Assembly: GCF_018977255.1 (NCBI RefSeq)
Contig: NW_024704772.1
Coordinates: 186,001 to 250,000 of the forward strand
Reading direction: 5' to 3'
DNA from: Callorhinchus milii
Lineage: Eukaryota
DNA: 64,000 nt
Positions 59,756-64,000 of the stretch are shown here, piece by piece (the first letter of the stretch is position 1; every line of letters starts with the position of its first letter). The position numbers and the translations under genes were made by a program. The notes below the pieces were generated by a model. That model saw only the letters and a list, made by a program, of their open reading frames with translations. It was not told the DNA's origin and did no database searches.

Positions 59756-60843
59756 GGTATAGTATATCCTGTCATGGGTTTAGGTTATTAATCCTGTGCC
59801 GTCTCTCAGCCCTTCACTGAGATGTCGCCCCTGGAGAGAGCCCCTCGCCTGTCTAATCATTGGTCACAGCCCGTTCCTCTGACCCCGGTCACTCGCCTGT
59901 ATCCGCGCTGCAGAATTCTCTCCAGTGAAATAGCTAGATTGATGTGAAATCAATGTAGAGTGAAGCCCTGATACCGAGTGAAGACAGTGTGAAGTGCAAC
60001 TGAGACAGGGTTCTGGGTCTGTGTCCACATCCCCCCTGTGTGTGAGCTGCTCACGGCTCCTCCTGTGTCTCTCCCCGTTTCCGGCTGGTGTCAGGGAACG
60101 TTCACTGTGTACCATGGTTGCTCACTGTATGTGCTGATACCATCTGTACCAAACTATCCATCACCGGGGGAAATCAGAGCAACAACCACAAAGAAACAAC
60201 CACAAAGTAAAGAAACCTGGATAAGAGATAACAATCCCTTCTGCCTCTCTCATACTCAGGACACTGATTGCTCTTCTTCAGCTGGTGAGGAGAGAGAGCA
60301 GGGAATGGGATTAGAGTAGAGAACTCCAGTGTGAGGGGGACTGAGCACCAGCACAGACACGAGATTGGAGATTCTGAGTTCCTGTCTGCCTGTTCGGGCG
60401 AACATTATATATTGATAATGATGTTTACATGCTTTGTGCATTCAGTGCTGATAGGGGTTGAGTTTTTGTGTATTGCAGGAAGAGGCAGGTGTGTCTTTAC
60501 CTATCGGTCGCTAACACAATGGATAGGAAGGGCAAAGATAGTGATAGACCTTCAATGAATGAGCTGAGGTAAGTGAGTAAACATACTGAGGAGAGCACGT
60601 CAGCACCTGAACAGCTCAGCTCACAGACAGTGGGATGCATGGGGGCTGGTCTGGGCAGGCTTTCCTGAGCTCAGGAATGTCTCTCTTTCTCTCTCACACA
60701 CGGGGGGAAAGGTGAAAGGCTGTGGCAATCGGTGCTGATACCTGACTCACACCTCTCCCGGCCCCCCCATACCAGTCCTGGGAGCCCTGCTCTCTGTGAG
60801 CAGAGACAGAGACACAGAGAAGCAGAGGGCCCGAGGCCACAGC

Positions 60844-63142
60844 ATGAACTGTGAGTGAGCGAATGGCTTATTTTATTTACAATGTTAAAAGTAAAACTCC
60901 AGAGATAGTTCCCTGCGTCCGATCACGGCGGGAAGTGGGACACTGAAGTGTAGTCACAGTGCTTAGAGGGAGGTAGAGGTTGTGAGGTGAGGCTTTGTGT
61001 CAGGTGAGGAGTGCTGTTTGTTCTCCTCTCCCCACCCACCTCTCTCTCTCTGCGGGACCTTGGGGCTTGTTTGCAGACTAACAGCTCATGTAGACTCGCT
61101 CTCACACCAACCCAGAGGTGAGCTGTCTCAGTGTGGGGAGGGGAGTGAGCACATCCATAATAAATAATTTGGTATAGAGCTTTATCGTGTCTTCAAGATG
61201 CCTCAAAGAGCTTCACAGAATATACTGTAGAGTGAATTGACTGTATATTGTGGGTGAAACACGGCAGCCAATTGTGCACAGCAGCGTCCCACAAACAGTT
61301 ATAGATTGAGTGACCATTATGTTTTTAAGGGATTATTATCCCCAGAAAGCGATCTGCCAATTGACTAATGACTGGGTTCCTACTTACTGCTGGGTAAACA
61401 GAGGCATGTGTGTGGAGTAAGGAAACTTGCCCGATGTGTTGCTCTGCCAACCCGGGAATCAAACCCAGGTCTCTCGCTTGCGAGGCGAGGGCTCTAACCA
61501 CTGAGCTACAGGCCTTCACTGTCACTAACTTGGGAATTGCAGACTGTGTTTGAAAAAAATAAGTCAGTGCTAGGATTATTATTATTATTATTATCATTAT
61601 AGTGCAGAGGGTAGTGAGCACATCTGTAAAGTGCTCGGCTCGAAATCAGATGGTTAAAGGGAGGAGCATAGAAATTATGAGAAGTATTTAGCGAGTAAAT
61701 ACTGGTATGTATCTCAATACAAGCTGGGAAATGGCATCGCAGAGCTCCATATTACCTTCACATTAACAGTGATGGATTTACTGTGAGCTGCTCACAATGC
61801 GGGAGCCAATGCTGTGAATCAAATAATAATAATAATAATCTTTGCCTTTGATATAGCACCTTATCACGTCTTTGAGACGTTTCAAAGTGCTGCACAGGAT
61901 ACACTGTAAAGTGAATTGACTGCATATTTGTGGGTGAAATGCAAAAATCAACAACAACAACTTGGATTTTCACAGCGTCCCCACACGCAGGGCAACATCC
62001 CAGGGTGCTTGATGGAGCTTGTGGAGCTGGAGAATCCTGGCATTGCACACGAGTGTGCGCGACATCACTGTGTAACAGCGAGTGGTTGTTGTTGTTGTTG
62101 TTGACTTGGCATAGATGAAGCGGGGGAGCGTCTGGCTGATGTGGAGTTGGGTGGGTGGGAGAGGGGAAAGTTCCAGAAGGGCTGAGTGTTGATTCGAGCG
62201 CTCTGGGATGCTACCCTGTGTGAGCGGAGCTGTATAAGTGCAAGTTGTTGTTGTTAGGCGGACTGTTTGTTACAGGTGCTGGAGAGTGGACGGGAGTCGA
62301 GGCTGTACAGGGAACAGGGCTGGAGCTGGAGAGCGAGGCCGAGCGGGGGGAGAGGCTGTGGGACGAGGTGGAGAGTAAGCGCAATGTGCTGACCCGCTCC
62401 ATCAACCCGGCCAAGCTGACAGCCTACCTCAGGCAGTGCAAGGTCCTGGATGAGGAGGACGAGGATGAGGTGCTCAACTCCCGGCAACTCACCTCCCGCA
62501 AGGGCCGTGCAAGTCAGTGCCTCCTTTAGCGTACATTGCTCTGTCCCTCCCTCATCCATCCCTTTTCCTCACTCTCCACCCATCCTCCTGCCTTCCTCCT
62601 GTCCGCTGCCTCTTCCCCCATAGCCCCACCCGACCCCCATCTGCCCACCCATCCATCCACCTGCTCTCCTCTACCCCAGTATTTCTCCCGTCCCCTTCTA
62701 CCTACCTGCCTGCCCTTCCCTCTGCGCCCCCCTCTCTCCAGCATCTCTTCTGCCCACCTGTATACATCTCTGTCTGTCTGACCTCAGTTGCGCCCACCCG
62801 CCCGCACTGGGAGCTGGGGCTGTGGTTGGGGTTGATGGGGGCTGTGAGCTGAGAGTTGTGATGTAATGAGTCCTTGCCCCCCAGGTCAGCTGCTGGACAT
62901 GCTGAGACTTTGGGGGTTAAGGTTAATGTTGGAGTTGGGGTCGGTAGGGCTGGGGTTGAGGCCTGTGAGCTGAGAGTTGGGGTGTAACCAGATGTACCCC
63001 ACAGGCCGGTTGCTGGACATGCTGAGGTGCCGGGGGAGCCGTGGTTACGAGGCTTTCCTGGAGAGCCTGGAGCTGTATTATGCTGAGCTTTACCGGCTGC
63101 TCACCGGGGAGGAGCCCACACGCCGTTGTTCCGTGCTGGTCG
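60844..63142 (+). CDS. CARD10: Caspase recruitment domain protein 10 (CARMA3), 5' part; gene continues past the window
   Basis: Exons 60844-60850 (putative ATG AAC T|GTGAGT), 62276-62512 and 63005-63142. CARD sequence LWDEVE...[24 protein letters not shown]...[25 protein letters not shown]. The [12 protein letters not shown] motif and the synteny favour CARD10 over CARD11/14/9. Confidence 0.85.
61156..61514 (-). mobile_element. tRNA-derived SINE
   Basis: Same family. Confidence 0.82.
62276..62512 (+). CDS. CARD10: CARD10 CARD exon a
   Basis: ttacag acceptor, GTCAGT donor; phase 1-1. Confidence 0.88.
63005..63142 (+). CDS. CARD10: CARD10 CARD exon b
   Basis: 138 nt, phase 1-1, [14 protein letters not shown]. 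Confidence 0.9.
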
Positions 63143-63236
63143 GTGAGTCACTGGCACTCGCGGGGTTAACTTCCGTACCGGCACCGTACCAGGGTCACAC
63201 CAGGAAATGCCAGCTCAGCCAAACACAACCAGCCTC

Positions 63237-64000
63237 ACGTGTGTGTGTGTGTCTGTGTGTGAATGCATGCGTGTGTGACTGAGTGTGTCAATGTGACTGC
63301 GTGTGAGTGAGTGCGTGTGTGTGTGTATGAGTCCGTGTGTGAATGTGAGTGCGTCTGTGAGTGTGTGTATCTGAGTGTGTGTGAGTGTGTATGTGTGAGT
63401 GAGTATGTGTGGGTGTGAGTAAGTGTGTGTGAGTAAGTGTGTGTGGGTGTGAGTGAGTGAATGAGTGAGTGAATGAGTGAGTGAGTGAGTGAGTGAGGGA
63501 GTGAGTGAATGGGTGGGTGGGTGGGTGGGTGTGAGTGTATGAGTGAGCGTGTGTGTGTGAGTGAGTGTGAGTGAGCGTGTGAGTGAGTGAGCGTTTGAGT
63601 GTGTACAGGTTACTGTTGTCCCAATGCTAACACTGTGTGAGTATGAGTGAGTGTGTGTGAGTGAGTGTGAGAGTGTGTACATGTTACTGTTTTCCCAATG
63701 CTAACATTGTGTGTGAGTGTGAGTGATTGTATGTTTGTGTGAGTGAGTGAGTGTGTGTGTGAGTGTGTACAGTTTACTGTTGTCCAATGCTAACACTGTG
63801 TGAGTGTGAGTGAGTGTGTGTGTGTGTGAGAGTATGTACAGGTTACTGTTGACCCAATGCTAATGCTGTGTGAGTGTGAGTGAGTGTGTGTGTGTTTGTG
63901 TGAGTGAGTGTGTGAATGTGTACAGGTTACCGTTGGCCCAATGCTAACGCTGTGTGTGAGTGTGAGTGAGTGTGTGTGAGTGAATGTGTGTGTGTGAGTG
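63237..64000. repeat. (GT/GAGT)n microsatellite followed by about 5 units of a 70-90-bp composite satellite
   Basis: Recurring GTGTACAGGTTACTGTTG..CCAATGCTAAC separated by GT/GA tracts. Confidence 0.85.

Noticed and set aside
60555-60574. ATG plus strong GTAAGT donor as an alternative CARD10 first exon
   Set aside because: It ends in phase 2, or hits a stop, so it is incompatible with the phase-1 CARD exon; at most a non-coding exon

Overview
This is vertebrate genomic DNA, not prokaryotic. The repeat landscape (tRNA-Ala-headed SINEs with a DeuSINE-like body and (TTA)n tail, CR1/L2 fragments, a Penelope-type hairpin) suggests a cartilaginous fish, probably a chimaera; that assignment is inference. 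I traced five spliced protein-coding genes exon by exon using GT-AG sites and reading-frame phase. On the minus strand: TMPRSS6/matriptase-2 (18 coding exons, 1519-14241), IL2RB (8 exons, 17762-24775), a CYP2-family P450 (9 exons, 33806-39405) and CSF2RB/beta-common (13 exons, 41543-50640). On the plus strand: the 5' end of CARD10 (60844-63142, continuing past the window). Except for the CYP2, these genes are neighbours on human 22q12-13, but here they are in a different order. The most notable observations are: (1) a perfect 116-bp inverted duplication enclosing CYP2 coding exon 1, with a junction hairpin; (2) an apparent 1-nt frameshift in the TMPRSS6 LDLa1 exon that an in-frame cryptic acceptor could rescue; (3) near-identical inverted young SINEs bracketing an in-frame 624-nt block of CSF2RB exons; (4) a hammerhead-ribozyme-like motif in a Penelope-type hairpin in the putative IL2RB 3'UTR; (5) a CSF2RB-IL2RB tandem arrangement mirroring IL4R-IL21R; and (6) a decoy splice acceptor in CARD10. 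No database searches were run; homology calls rest on remembered motifs.
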